Below, one piece after another: positions 1 to 8,901 of a DNA stretch of 64,000 nucleotides. The notes under the pieces were generated by a model, which had not been told where the DNA came from, did no database searches, and saw nothing but the letters and a program-made list of their open reading frames with translations. The first letter of the stretch is position 1; every line of letters starts with the position of its first letter. A program made the translations under genes and the position numbers. Source of the stretch: an uncultured Pseudomonadales bacterium (GTDB lineage Bacteria; Patescibacteriota; Microgenomatia; UBA1400; PJMF01); the NCBI GenBank assembly GCA_964393205.1, contig CAYMSV010000003.1, positions 34,608 to 98,607 on the forward strand. Reading direction: 5' to 3'.

Positions 1-303
1 TCCGGGTTCTCCAAATTTTTCTCTAAGAAATAGGGAAGCGAGCTGTTCCTCGGCTTCTTTAGTTAAATGATCAATCTCATTTTGAATTAAATCTATTAGT
101 GTTTCTCCACTATAAGCCAGCATTTTAATTAAGCTCTGAGTGCTTGATTGTAACTGCTCATGCAGATTTTCCAATAAAAGTAGGGGGTTTTTTTCTAGAA
201 CCAAATAATCATGTAATGATTCTAAATTAGCTGGTATTTCACTTTTCCAAGCAGTTCCATACCAATTATTTGCGTATTCTACAGATGAAACATTTTCTTT
301 CAT
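1..303 (-). CDS. Hypothetical protein (5' part only, runs off the window edge), downstream of a cobalamin riboswitch
   Basis: Manual translation MKENVSSVEYANNWYGTAWKSEIPANLESLHDYL... is open to position 1; GAAAGG SD-like sequence upstream of the ATG at 303. Confidence 0.7.
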   Translation of the reverse strand, partial: MKENVSSVEYANNWYGTAWKSEIPANLESLHDYLVLEKNPLLLLENLHEQLQSSTQSLIKMLAYSGETLIDLIQNEIDHLTKEAEEQLASLFLREKFGEPG

Positions 304-384
304 CAGACCTTTCTTGCGGCTTTATTGCCAAAATCCATCTCCAATGATGAATTTAATTAATAATTTGCCGTGGAAAAGCCTAAA

Positions 385-415
385 AAAAATCACTTGATGC
401 TCGTCAAGAATGATT
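385..415 (-). terminator. Intrinsic terminator in the riboswitch expression platform
   Basis: Minus strand AAATCA-TT-CTTGA-CGAGCA-TCAAG-TGATTT followed by a T-run. Confidence 0.55.
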
Positions 416-510
416 TGGGCTGAAGATCGGACTTATTTGTAATTGAAATAAAAACAAACTCACCGTTGCGGCACAGTCACGGACTTACACCGTGTTCCAC
501 AGCAAAAACA
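415..510 (-). promoter_or_regulatory. Cobalamin riboswitch (short, class II-like)
   Basis: Minus strand GTGGAACACGGTGTAAGTCCGTGACTGTGCCGCAACGGT...AAGTCCGATC matches the cobalamin core (GGAA, CGGTGnAAnTCCG T-loop hairpin, ACTGTnCCGCAACGGT, B12-box AAGTCCG). Confidence 0.8.
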
Positions 511-530
511 ATTTAGCAAAAAAATAATAA

Positions 531-1214
531 TTAGACAATTGGTAATTTATTTAAGCGATAAGCTCGAATTAATAGTTTTTGTAAAGTTTTTTGAATAATT
601 AAGTTAGCTTGGTTGACAGTAGTGAAGTCTTTGCTCTTCCCTTCAAAATAAATGGGTTTGCCATAACTTATGATATAAGCTCCTTTTCGATACCAAACGA
701 ATAGATTCTTTTTCCCTTTAATATTTATAGAGAATTTTTTGATTTTTTCTGGGTTAACACAAATACTAATGGGAATAATTGGAGCTTTAGTTGCCAAAGC
801 CATACGAGCAGCACCAGTTTTTAAAGTTTTAACCTTTTTACAATTTTTACTAACGCCCCCCTCTGGGAAAATCAAAATTGAACGATTCTTTTTGAGCAAA
901 GCGATAGCTCTTTTAAGAGCTAATTTTCCAGTAGTAGGGCTTACTGGAATGTGTCCCGCCCAAGTAATTAGTCTACTTAAACCAAAAATTTTAAAAACGT
1001 CTTCTGTAAGAAGAGCATGTACCGGTTCTTTGATACTACTCATTACGTATAAAGGGTCAAGTGTGCTGGGGTGATTAACAGCAAAGATTTTGGCACCTTT
1101 GGGTAATTTTTCTTTTGATTTAATTTGGCGTTTTAGATCAATTTTGGTATAGCAGCGAGCTAATGAACGACCAAAAAAATATAGCAGGTTTTCTAAGAAG
1201 TAATGTTTTTTCAT
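531..1214 (-). CDS. plsC: 1-acyl-sn-glycerol-3-phosphate acyltransferase (PlsC family)
   Basis: NHPSTLD (NHxxxxD) and FPEGG motifs; ATG at 1214 preferred over the ORF-track start 1268. Confidence 0.85.
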   Translation of the reverse strand: MKKHYFLENLLYFFGRSLARCYTKIDLKRQIKSKEKLPKGAKIFAVNHPSTLDPLYVMSSIKEPVHALLTEDVFKIFGLSRLITWAGHIPVSPTTGKLALKRAIALLKKNRSILIFPEGGVSKNCKKVKTLKTGAARMALATKAPIIPISICVNPEKIKKFSINIKGKKNLFVWYRKGAYIISYGKPIYFEGKSKDFTTVNQANLIIQKTLQKLLIRAYRLNKLPIV

Positions 1215-1260
1215 TTTGACAACTGGCCCATTAAGCCATAGATTACTTATAAAAGCAAGC

Positions 1261-2205
1261 TTAATCAATTAGAGTTTTATAAACTTTCTGACTAATTGAG
1301 GCTATAAGTTCAGCTTGTTTTTTCAAATCTTTGCCCTTGGTCATTACGCAAAGAATATAGGGTGAAGAATTTTTATAAACAATGCCGCAGTTATGCAATT
1401 GCTTTTCATTTGTTTTTGGATATGTTCTAACACCATATTTATGTGCAACTAAAACATTCTCCGGCAGGTATTTAGTGAGACCCTCAGTAAAAGTTGCTTT
1501 AGTCATTAGATCAAGAGCCTGATTGGAGCTATTAGCTGAAAGATATTCGCTGTTGTATAAAATACGTAACATACCAGCATATTCAATGACATTAATAGTG
1601 TCTATTTCTGATAAAATTCCTAAATATAATTCTGTTTGAGCGAGGGTGGGCTGAATACCTTCTTTTTCATAATATTCAGTTAATAGAGCGAGAGAAGTGT
1701 TGTCAGAATTAATGATCATAATTTTTAATAACTCCCGAATGGTATAGCTTTTTCCAAGAACTAAAGATTTCTCAAAGTCTGGGTCAGAAAATAAAATTTT
1801 TCTTTCTTGATATTTAATTTTTTTATCTAATAATTCGGGGTTATTTTCAGCATTTTTATAATAAGCAACCAAAACGGGGATTTTTAATAAGCTTCCGCCG
1901 TCAAATCTTAAATTACCATTAATGCTAAACCATGGTCCATTATTAAGATCACGGAAATAAATAGCTGTTTGAATCTCTGAATTTTGCAAAGATTTGTCAA
2001 TTGTTGATTTAAATTCGTCAATCTTTTTTAAACTAATGTTATCCTCCTTGGCATAAGGATTTAAAAATTGCCACTGAGAGTCCTGTGGATGATCGAGGGA
2101 GCAGCTTATTTGTTGGCAAGGTTGTTGATATATATAGATAAGTAGAAAAATAATTAAGAAAAAAACAATTAGTCCAAAAGAAATTAAAATTAATTTTTGT
2201 TTCAC
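1261..2205 (-). CDS. Membrane-anchored class A beta-lactamase-like serine hydrolase
   Basis: SLLK (SxxK), SDN and HKYG motifs; N-terminal TM helix. Confidence 0.85.
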   Translation of the reverse strand: MKQKLILISFGLIVFFLIIFLLIYIYQQPCQQISCSLDHPQDSQWQFLNPYAKEDNISLKKIDEFKSTIDKSLQNSEIQTAIYFRDLNNGPWFSINGNLRFDGGSLLKIPVLVAYYKNAENNPELLDKKIKYQERKILFSDPDFEKSLVLGKSYTIRELLKIMIINSDNTSLALLTEYYEKEGIQPTLAQTELYLGILSEIDTINVIEYAGMLRILYNSEYLSANSSNQALDLMTKATFTEGLTKYLPENVLVAHKYGVRTYPKTNEKQLHNCGIVYKNSSPYILCVMTKGKDLKKQAELIASISQKVYKTLID

Positions 2206-2298
2206 TAAAAATAATATTGTAGACCTTTTGTCTCAAGAATCAATCAATAGATGGGATGAGCTTGAAAATCAATTATTAGAAGCCTAGAATAGAACTAT

Positions 2299-3039
2299 AT
2301 GAAAAAAAATATTTTTCTTCTTTCATTTTGTTCGTTAAGTTTAATTTTTTCAAATTCTGTCAATGCTCAGCGCGCCAATAACAGAGCCCCTGAATTATCT
2401 AGGGAAGCAATAGGAAATATTAATCGAGTGCAACAACAAGAAAATATTCAAGACCCAAATTTGCCCAGTGATGATTCAATTCAAGTAAGAACAAATCCCT
2501 CTGGAAAGAGTGAAATAATTGGGGAAGAGAATGGAGCTGGGGGAGCCATGCTTGTAAAAGATGGATCTAGACGTTTAACGGTTGGAGAAGCTGCAAAAAT
2601 TGTCAGAGAAAAAAATAATGATGTTGCTAATCAAGTTCAATCTTTATTGATGGAAAAATTCCAGGAAGGGAACGGTCCTAAAGGTGGAATTGGTGAGCAA
2701 GTAAGAACTATAGCTCAAGAACAGTTGCGAGCACAAGAAGAAATAAGAAACAGATTGAGTCAGTTGGAGGAAAGACCGGCTTGGAAGCGTTTTTTCTTTG
2801 GTCAAGAAAAAAGTGCGGTTGTTGCTGTAGATGAAACCCTAGAAAAACAAACTCAACAGCTTAATGAATGGCGTGAACTTTTAGAAGACCCAAACTTAAC
2901 TGCAGAAGAGCGTTTAGCGATAGAAGATACAATTTTAGAATTGCAGGCTCAACAAGAATTGGTTGAGGCTCATGTTGACAATGTTTTAGGAGAATTTAAT
3001 TTGGCTAACTTTTTTAGAAGATTATTTCGCCGCTCCTAA
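2299..3039 (+). CDS. Secreted coiled-coil hypothetical protein
   Basis: Signal peptide ending VNA; Glu/Gln-rich helical body. Confidence 0.75.
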   Translation: MKKNIFLLSFCSLSLIFSNSVNAQRANNRAPELSREAIGNINRVQQQENIQDPNLPSDDSIQVRTNPSGKSEIIGEENGAGGAMLVKDGSRRLTVGEAAKIVREKNNDVANQVQSLLMEKFQEGNGPKGGIGEQVRTIAQEQLRAQEEIRNRLSQLEERPAWKRFFFGQEKSAVVAVDETLEKQTQQLNEWRELLEDPNLTAEERLAIEDTILELQAQQELVEAHVDNVLGEFNLANFFRRLFRRS

Positions 3040-4160
3040 TTATTGAGAGACTCTTGTAGAAATATTTTTAATCCGTTCCAATTGTCACGTCCAGCTTTTG
3101 GAATTAGTACTGAGCCATTATTACTGCTACTACTATTTAAAACATTCTCTGTATTTAAATTAATGTTTTTAATCTGAAAATCATTGGCGCTGACAAGTAG
3201 TGGTGCAAAATATTGCAAACTTTCTAAATCGAAATCTGTATGAACGTGTTGATTTACTTGTTTAAAAAATTGAGGAATTTTATTCAGTGCATCTAGATCA
3301 AAAAGCTTTTTTCTAATACCGGTTATTACTTCCACTTGGCGTCGACTACGATCAAAATCACTAGAGCTGTGTCGAGAACGGACGTATTTTAGCGCATCTC
3401 CTCCCTCCATTTTTTGCAGTCCAGCTGGAAAATAAATACGTTCATAACGACAGGTAAATTGACTCTCTAAATTAAAACCACTAAGGGTAGCAGTTAAATG
3501 AGCAATCTCATCATTACTATAACCACAGGGGTCGAGTTGTTTTCCTTCAATTGGATACCATTTATCTTCAAAGTCTTGTGCCACCTCAACTTCAATTCCA
3601 CCCAACTCTTTACCAATTAGACGTTGAAACCCAACAAAATCAATGGCAATAAAATACCTGATATTCAAGCCAGTAATTAGAGATAGTGTTTCTTTACTAA
3701 CTTGACCGGCATTAATCATTGGTTCGCTGCCAGTCATATTAGAACTAAAAACAGCATTAATCTTTCGGTAATTAGTGTTATTAAGTTTAACTTCTAAATC
3801 CCTAGGGATTGATATAAAAGACAAAGTCTTTTGTTCAAAATTTAGTTGGGCAATTTGAATGACATCAGCCAACATTCCTCCTTGGTGACCAGCCCCACCA
3901 TATCCCAAAAGCAAGACATTTAGTTCCTTTTTATCATTTTTTTCAATTTGACTATCGTCTAAAAAGTTTGCAGCATTAATTTCGATCTGGTTTACTACTT
4001 CTTGTTTGTTTTTGTTTTGATTGAAATAGCGATAGCTAAGTACACTAGAAATAGTGATTCCGGTAATAAATATAAGTAAAAAAGCAATAAATAAAGTCTT
4101 TTGTTTATTGTTTAATCGACGAAATTTTATTAATTGTTTTTGCCACAGCTTCTTAATCAT
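3036..4160 (-). CDS. LytR-CpsA-Psr (LCP) family protein
   Basis: NVLLLG, SIPRDL, KINA, ALKYVRSRH and DFDRSRRQ motifs; TM anchor. Confidence 0.92.
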   Translation of the reverse strand: MIKKLWQKQLIKFRRLNNKQKTLFIAFLLIFITGITISSVLSYRYFNQNKNKQEVVNQIEINAANFLDDSQIEKNDKKELNVLLLGYGGAGHQGGMLADVIQIAQLNFEQKTLSFISIPRDLEVKLNNTNYRKINAVFSSNMTGSEPMINAGQVSKETLSLITGLNIRYFIAIDFVGFQRLIGKELGGIEVEVAQDFEDKWYPIEGKQLDPCGYSNDEIAHLTATLSGFNLESQFTCRYERIYFPAGLQKMEGGDALKYVRSRHSSSDFDRSRRQVEVITGIRKKLFDLDALNKIPQFFKQVNQHVHTDFDLESLQYFAPLLVSANDFQIKNINLNTENVLNSSSSNNGSVLIPKAGRDNWNGLKIFLQESLNN

Positions 4161-4198
4161 AAGTCTTTTTAGTATAGCTTAAGTGATATAATAAGACC

Positions 4199-4915
4199 AT
4201 GTCTTCAAAATCTTTTTTTATTTCAAATGATATTAGTTTTCCTTATGACCAGTCCCGCTTTCCGGGTCAGGCAAGTGATGAAAGCATTTTATATGCTACT
4301 AGGGAGCATTCGATATTTTTAATCATCAGATTATTGTTTGTTTTTGGAGTAGGCTTGAGTATTATTTTAGCCACTATTTTATTTAATAAAACCATTAATT
4401 TAATTTTTTCTACCAATGTTTTGCCAGGTGTTATTTTAATTATGTTATTGATTTTTTCTTTGTTTATTTTGATTGGAGCTTGGTGGGTTTTTACTCTGTG
4501 GAAGAAATCCATAGCTATAGTTACTAACAAGCGTTTAATTAAGTTTATTTATACCACTCCAATTAATCGTTACAACATGAGTTTGCCTCTGGATATGATT
4601 GTTGATACTAGTTGTCACAATAAGGGTTTTTTAAGTTCTTATTTAAAAATTGGTAGTATTACAGCTCGTTCTAGTGCTAGTAGTTCTGGTCTAGCTACCG
4701 CAGACACTTCTCGAATTAATAAAAAATATTTTTATTTAGAAAATATTAAATATTTTGAAGATTTGCAACAATATTTAAATAAACTCATTAACACTTTGCA
4801 TAAAGAACCAGAAAAATTAAACAAATTTAGACCTTTTATTCCCCATTTAAAAGGGGAAAAAAGAGAAGAATTTTTAAGAAATAATTATCCTGATTACGCA
4901 AAAAAAACCAACTAA
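4199..4915 (+). CDS. Membrane protein with bacterial PH-like domain
   Basis: Two TM helices followed by IVTNKRLI, typical of bPH domains. Confidence 0.6.
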   Translation: MSSKSFFISNDISFPYDQSRFPGQASDESILYATREHSIFLIIRLLFVFGVGLSIILATILFNKTINLIFSTNVLPGVILIMLLIFSLFILIGAWWVFTLWKKSIAIVTNKRLIKFIYTTPINRYNMSLPLDMIVDTSCHNKGFLSSYLKIGSITARSSASSSGLATADTSRINKKYFYLENIKYFEDLQQYLNKLINTLHKEPEKLNKFRPFIPHLKGEKREEFLRNNYPDYAKKTN

Positions 4916-4936
4916 TTACAAAAGTTTTTAATACTT

Positions 4937-5686
4937 TTAGATTATTCGAGTTTTCTTTTTGTAATTTAACCACTCTTTGCCGTATCTTTCAGCGTAATTT
5001 TTTTCTAAAAGAGGTACTCCACTAACAAAACGAATTAGAACAGTGATATAAATAGGGCTTACTAGAGCTAGTAAAGCCCAATTGCCTAAGCTGGGTAAAA
5101 AATAGAAAAAGAGGCACCACCAAAAGAGAATTTCGCCTAGATAATTGGGATGACGAGAATGTTTCCATAGGCCGCTTTGAATAAATTTACCTTTGTTTTT
5201 TGCATTATTTTTAAATTGATATTTTTGCCAATCGGCTATAGTTTCAATTCCAAGAGCGATGAGAGCTAAGACAAAGAACATAATTTGCCAACTATTAACG
5301 CTGGTTTTAATAGAATCTGCTAGGGAAAAACTCAAAATAAAGCTTAAGCTAATTGCAAAAATTGATAGAGCTTGTAGTAGCCAAAACTGTAAAAAGCTCC
5401 AAAAATTTTGCCGAATTTGATTAAAGCGCTGATCTTTTTTAATTTTGAGAATTCTAATAAATAAATAACTGGCTAATCTAATTCCCCAAAGACTGACTAG
5501 TAGGGTGGGTAAAATAAAGAAAAGTTTTTGTTGGCTTTGCCAGAATAAAAGATTGATGACAATAACAAAAGTTATTCCATAGGCTAAGTCAGTTAATTTG
5601 TCGGTTTTAAAAGCATTAGCAACCAAGAAAAATAAAACCTGACTAGTAAAAATTAATAAAAAAAGATTAAAAAATTGATTAAACAT
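4937..5686 (-). CDS. DUF1295 / steroid 5-alpha-reductase-like membrane protein
   Basis: ETIADWQK, GLWKHSRHPNYLGE and SGVPLLE motifs. Confidence 0.88.
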   Translation of the reverse strand: MFNQFFNLFLLIFTSQVLFFLVANAFKTDKLTDLAYGITFVIVINLLFWQSQQKLFFILPTLLVSLWGIRLASYLFIRILKIKKDQRFNQIRQNFWSFLQFWLLQALSIFAISLSFILSFSLADSIKTSVNSWQIMFFVLALIALGIETIADWQKYQFKNNAKNKGKFIQSGLWKHSRHPNYLGEILFWWCLFFYFLPSLGNWALLALVSPIYITVLIRFVSGVPLLEKNYAERYGKEWLNYKKKTRII

Positions 5687-5778
5687 ATTACTATATTATA
5701 GCAGTCCTGTTTTTTTATTAATGTAATATTGATTGTTTGAACTTTTCTTGATAGGCTGATCAAATAATATCCAAAAAT

Positions 5779-6966
5779 ATGAAAAAAAGTGCTGGGCCCG
5801 GTTTATCTGCAGATAAAAAAACCGTATTAAAACAAATTTTGTATTGGCAAGAATTTCAGGCTGATAAACAAGCTTATTTAACAGTAGGAGGTTATGCTGG
5901 AACTGGAAAAACTACTCTAATTGCTGTTTTGCGCCGTTTACTTTATAAGAAAGATCCTAAACTAAAAGTAGCTTTTGCTGCTTTCACCGGAAAAGCCGCT
6001 CGGGTATTGAAGAATTATTTGGAAGAATTTGCTTTGCTTTATAAGCAGGATTCTATTGGTACTATCCACTCGCTGATTTATAGCGTGATTGAAAATGAAC
6101 AACAACAAATTATTGGTTGGCGTAAAAAAGACCGGTTAAAAACAGATTTGATTATTATCGATGAAGCCTCAATGATTGATCAAAAAATTTGGTCAGATCT
6201 CTTGTCTTATCAAATTCCTATTTTGGCAGTTGGGGATCATGGCCAATTGCCACCAGTTCATGGTTACTTTAATTTAATGAAAGAACCAATTTTGCGTTTA
6301 GAAACTATTCATCGTCAAGAAGCTAATAACCCCATTATTGATTTATCGATTTTGGCTAGAACAAAGGGTTGTATTCCAGTTGGTAACTATGGACCAAGAG
6401 TTAAAAAGTTTCTCAAAAGTGATCCAGAAACTGCTGAGTTGATAGATAATCATCTGCAAATGGCCAATCAAGACACACTAATTGTTTGTGGTTACAATAA
6501 TACTAGATTAAAACTTAATCAATACCTGCGTTCTATTAAAGGTTTTGAAGATGAACAACCACAAGCTGGCGATCGGGTGATTTGTTTACGCAACAACCAC
6601 CAAAAACAAATTTTTAATGGCATGTTGGGGACTATAGAAAGAATTAGAACAGTTGATGAGAAATTTTTCGAAATAAAAGTTAATTTTGACGATCAGGATT
6701 TTGTTTATGAGGGTCTAGCTGTAGCCAAGCAATTCAATAGTAGTAAGACTATTAGTTTTAATAATCAAGATCGTCACTTACTCAAAAAAGCTGATCTCTT
6801 TGACTTTGCTTACGCGCTAACAGTCCACAAAGCCCAAGGTAGTCAGGCAAGCAAGGTGATTGTCTTTGAAGAGCGTTTCAAACAAATGAGTGATGAAGAC
6901 TGGCGACGTTGGTTGTATACTGCCATTACCCGTGCCGAAGAAGAATTAATTATTATAGGTGATTAA
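5779..6966 (+). CDS. RecD/Dda-like SF1B DNA helicase
   Basis: GYAGTGKT, IIDEASM, GDHGQLPPV, YALTVHKAQGS and LYTAITRA motifs. Confidence 0.92.
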   Translation: MKKSAGPGLSADKKTVLKQILYWQEFQADKQAYLTVGGYAGTGKTTLIAVLRRLLYKKDPKLKVAFAAFTGKAARVLKNYLEEFALLYKQDSIGTIHSLIYSVIENEQQQIIGWRKKDRLKTDLIIIDEASMIDQKIWSDLLSYQIPILAVGDHGQLPPVHGYFNLMKEPILRLETIHRQEANNPIIDLSILARTKGCIPVGNYGPRVKKFLKSDPETAELIDNHLQMANQDTLIVCGYNNTRLKLNQYLRSIKGFEDEQPQAGDRVICLRNNHQKQIFNGMLGTIERIRTVDEKFFEIKVNFDDQDFVYEGLAVAKQFNSSKTISFNNQDRHLLKKADLFDFAYALTVHKAQGSQASKVIVFEERFKQMSDEDWRRWLYTAITRAEEELIIIGD

Positions 6967-6968
6967 AT

Positions 6969-7718
6969 ATGAGTATTCGTATCAATAAGTTGTTAGCAGA
7001 CCTTGGTTTAGCTTCTCGTCGTGGTGCTGATCTTTTAATTAGTGCTGGTAAGGTAAAAATTAATGGCAAGAAAGCTGAACTAGGAACTAAAGTAGATTTG
7101 AGTCGTGATCGATTGGTGGTTAACGGTGAATTGATTAATACAGAAACAGCTCAAGCAATTGTGGCTGGAGAAAATTTTGAATATTGGTTGCTCAATAAAC
7201 CCCCAGGAGTTATTTCTTCTGTTAGTGATCCTGCTGGTCGTAAAACTGTGATGCGATTTTTTACAAATAAAACTCAGGCTCGTTTATATCCAGTTGGACG
7301 CTTGGATTATGATTCAGAAGGCTTATTGTTAATGACTAATGATGGAGAATTAACTCACCGACTTACTCATCCTAAATATGGTATAGAAAAAGAATATTTG
7401 GTTGAAGCAAATGGTATTTTTAGTCAGGACAAAATAGCTAGATTAGAGCGAGGAGTTTTATTGTCTGGTAGGCGAGCTAGAGCGGACCAAGTTGAATTAA
7501 TTCAAAAAACTGGTCGGGATCTAGAGTTAAAATTTATTCTTCATGAGGGGCGCAAACGCGAGGTGAGAAGATTGTGTGCTAGGGTTGGTTGGGAGGTGCA
7601 GCGTCTAGTGAGGGTGCGTTTAGCCAATCTAGAATTAGGAACATTAAAACCAGGCATTGTACGCAAATTGAGTAATCAGGAAATTGCAGAATTAAAAAGC
7701 AGTGTCAAGTTAGTTTGA
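6969..7718 (+). CDS. rluB: rRNA pseudouridine synthase (RsuA/RluB family, S4 domain)
   Basis: S4 domain SRRGAD; GRLDYDSEGLLL catalytic motif; EGRKREVRR. Confidence 0.88.
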   Translation: MSIRINKLLADLGLASRRGADLLISAGKVKINGKKAELGTKVDLSRDRLVVNGELINTETAQAIVAGENFEYWLLNKPPGVISSVSDPAGRKTVMRFFTNKTQARLYPVGRLDYDSEGLLLMTNDGELTHRLTHPKYGIEKEYLVEANGIFSQDKIARLERGVLLSGRRARADQVELIQKTGRDLELKFILHEGRKREVRRLCARVGWEVQRLVRVRLANLELGTLKPGIVRKLSNQEIAELKSSVKLV

Positions 7719-7728
7719 CTAGAAGTTT

Positions 7729-8157
7729 TTGGTGAATCAGGAAACAAAACTTAAGAAAAAAGCTTATAAATTTGACAAGGTAACGAAAGAATTAGCTGTT
7801 AAAAAGGCAAATTATCACTGCGAGTGTTGTGAAGCTAAACTCAACAAAAAGGATTCAAAAAAAGCAGAAGTGCATCATCTGTTGCCCGTTTGGGTAGTTT
7901 TTAATTGTTGTCCGGAAATGAGTGCTGACCTTATTCGAAATTTGGCAAATGCTGTAGTTTTGTGTCACGATTGTCATTGTTTTTTGCATCAAATAGAAAA
8001 TGGAGATGAAAATAAATTAGAAGTTTTTTATCAAGCTTTGATGGAAGAAATGCGTTGTTTAGATAGAAAATTTTTTAAAAATAACGGTAAGAAAAATTCA
8101 AACAAAGAGTTAATTAATTCTCTGAAAGTTAAAAAAATGCTGTACTTGCTCTATTGA
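7729..8157 (+). CDS. HNH endonuclease domain protein
   Basis: CECC...EVHH...NAVVLCHDCH pattern. Confidence 0.75.
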   Translation: MVNQETKLKKKAYKFDKVTKELAVKKANYHCECCEAKLNKKDSKKAEVHHLLPVWVVFNCCPEMSADLIRNLANAVVLCHDCHCFLHQIENGDENKLEVFYQALMEEMRCLDRKFFKNNGKKNSNKELINSLKVKKMLYLLY

Positions 8158-8183
8158 AAGAAGAAATTTAAAATTCCACTATA

Positions 8184-8831
8184 ATGGAAATAATGCAATC
8201 TAATTTTACACACTTAATTTTTGATTTTGATGGTACTTTGGTTGACACTAGAGAAATTTATGTTTTGGCCTTTAATAAAATTCACGCTCGTTTTGATTTG
8301 CCAAAAATCAACAAGAAGGATTGGACCAGGTTCCAATCGAGTAGTATGAAAGATCTTTGTCGAGAATATGATATTGGTCCAGTGAAATTATTGAAAATTG
8401 CTAAAACTATTAATAGAGAAACTAGACTTTTAATAACTAAGGCTAAGTTTTATCCAAATATTGAAAAAATTTTACTTAAATTAAAAAAAGATTATCAGCT
8501 CGGGATTTTAAGTTCGAATGAGTTGAGTAACATCAAGGCGTTTTTTAAGCAACAAAATTTACCTTTAAAAGAAGTTTTTTCTTTTTGGCGCTGTGAAAAA
8601 AACTTATTTGGTAAAGATCGGGCTCTTAAGTCTTTAATTAAAGAATATCAGCTTGATCCAAAAACAATTCTTTATTTTGGCGATCAAGTTCGTGATATTG
8701 AAGCTTGTCAACGTGCTGGGGTTCCGGTTGCAGCGGTAAGTTGGGGTTTTGCGAGTGAAGATTTATTGGCCAGTGCTCAGCCCAATTTTTTACTTAATAG
8801 TCCAAGTGAGATTTTAGATCTATTGTATTGA
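8184..8831 (+). CDS. HAD-superfamily hydrolase (phosphoglycolate phosphatase-like)
   Basis: FDFDGTLVD and GDQVRDI motifs. Confidence 0.9.
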   Translation: MEIMQSNFTHLIFDFDGTLVDTREIYVLAFNKIHARFDLPKINKKDWTRFQSSSMKDLCREYDIGPVKLLKIAKTINRETRLLITKAKFYPNIEKILLKLKKDYQLGILSSNELSNIKAFFKQQNLPLKEVFSFWRCEKNLFGKDRALKSLIKEYQLDPKTILYFGDQVRDIEACQRAGVPVAAVSWGFASEDLLASAQPNFLLNSPSEILDLLY

Positions 8832-8901
8832 GTCAAATACTGTGCTCTGTTAATTTTACTCTCAAAAGAGTATAATCTATCTTTTGATTTTAGAAAGATT
8901 T

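Noticed and set aside
1261-2205. Beta-lactamase-like gene as an acquired resistance determinant
   Set aside because: It is membrane-anchored with no mobile context; activity cannot be inferred from motifs alone
7729-8157. HNH gene as a homing endonuclease or intron marker
   Set aside because: The flanking genes are uninterrupted and no intron structure was seen
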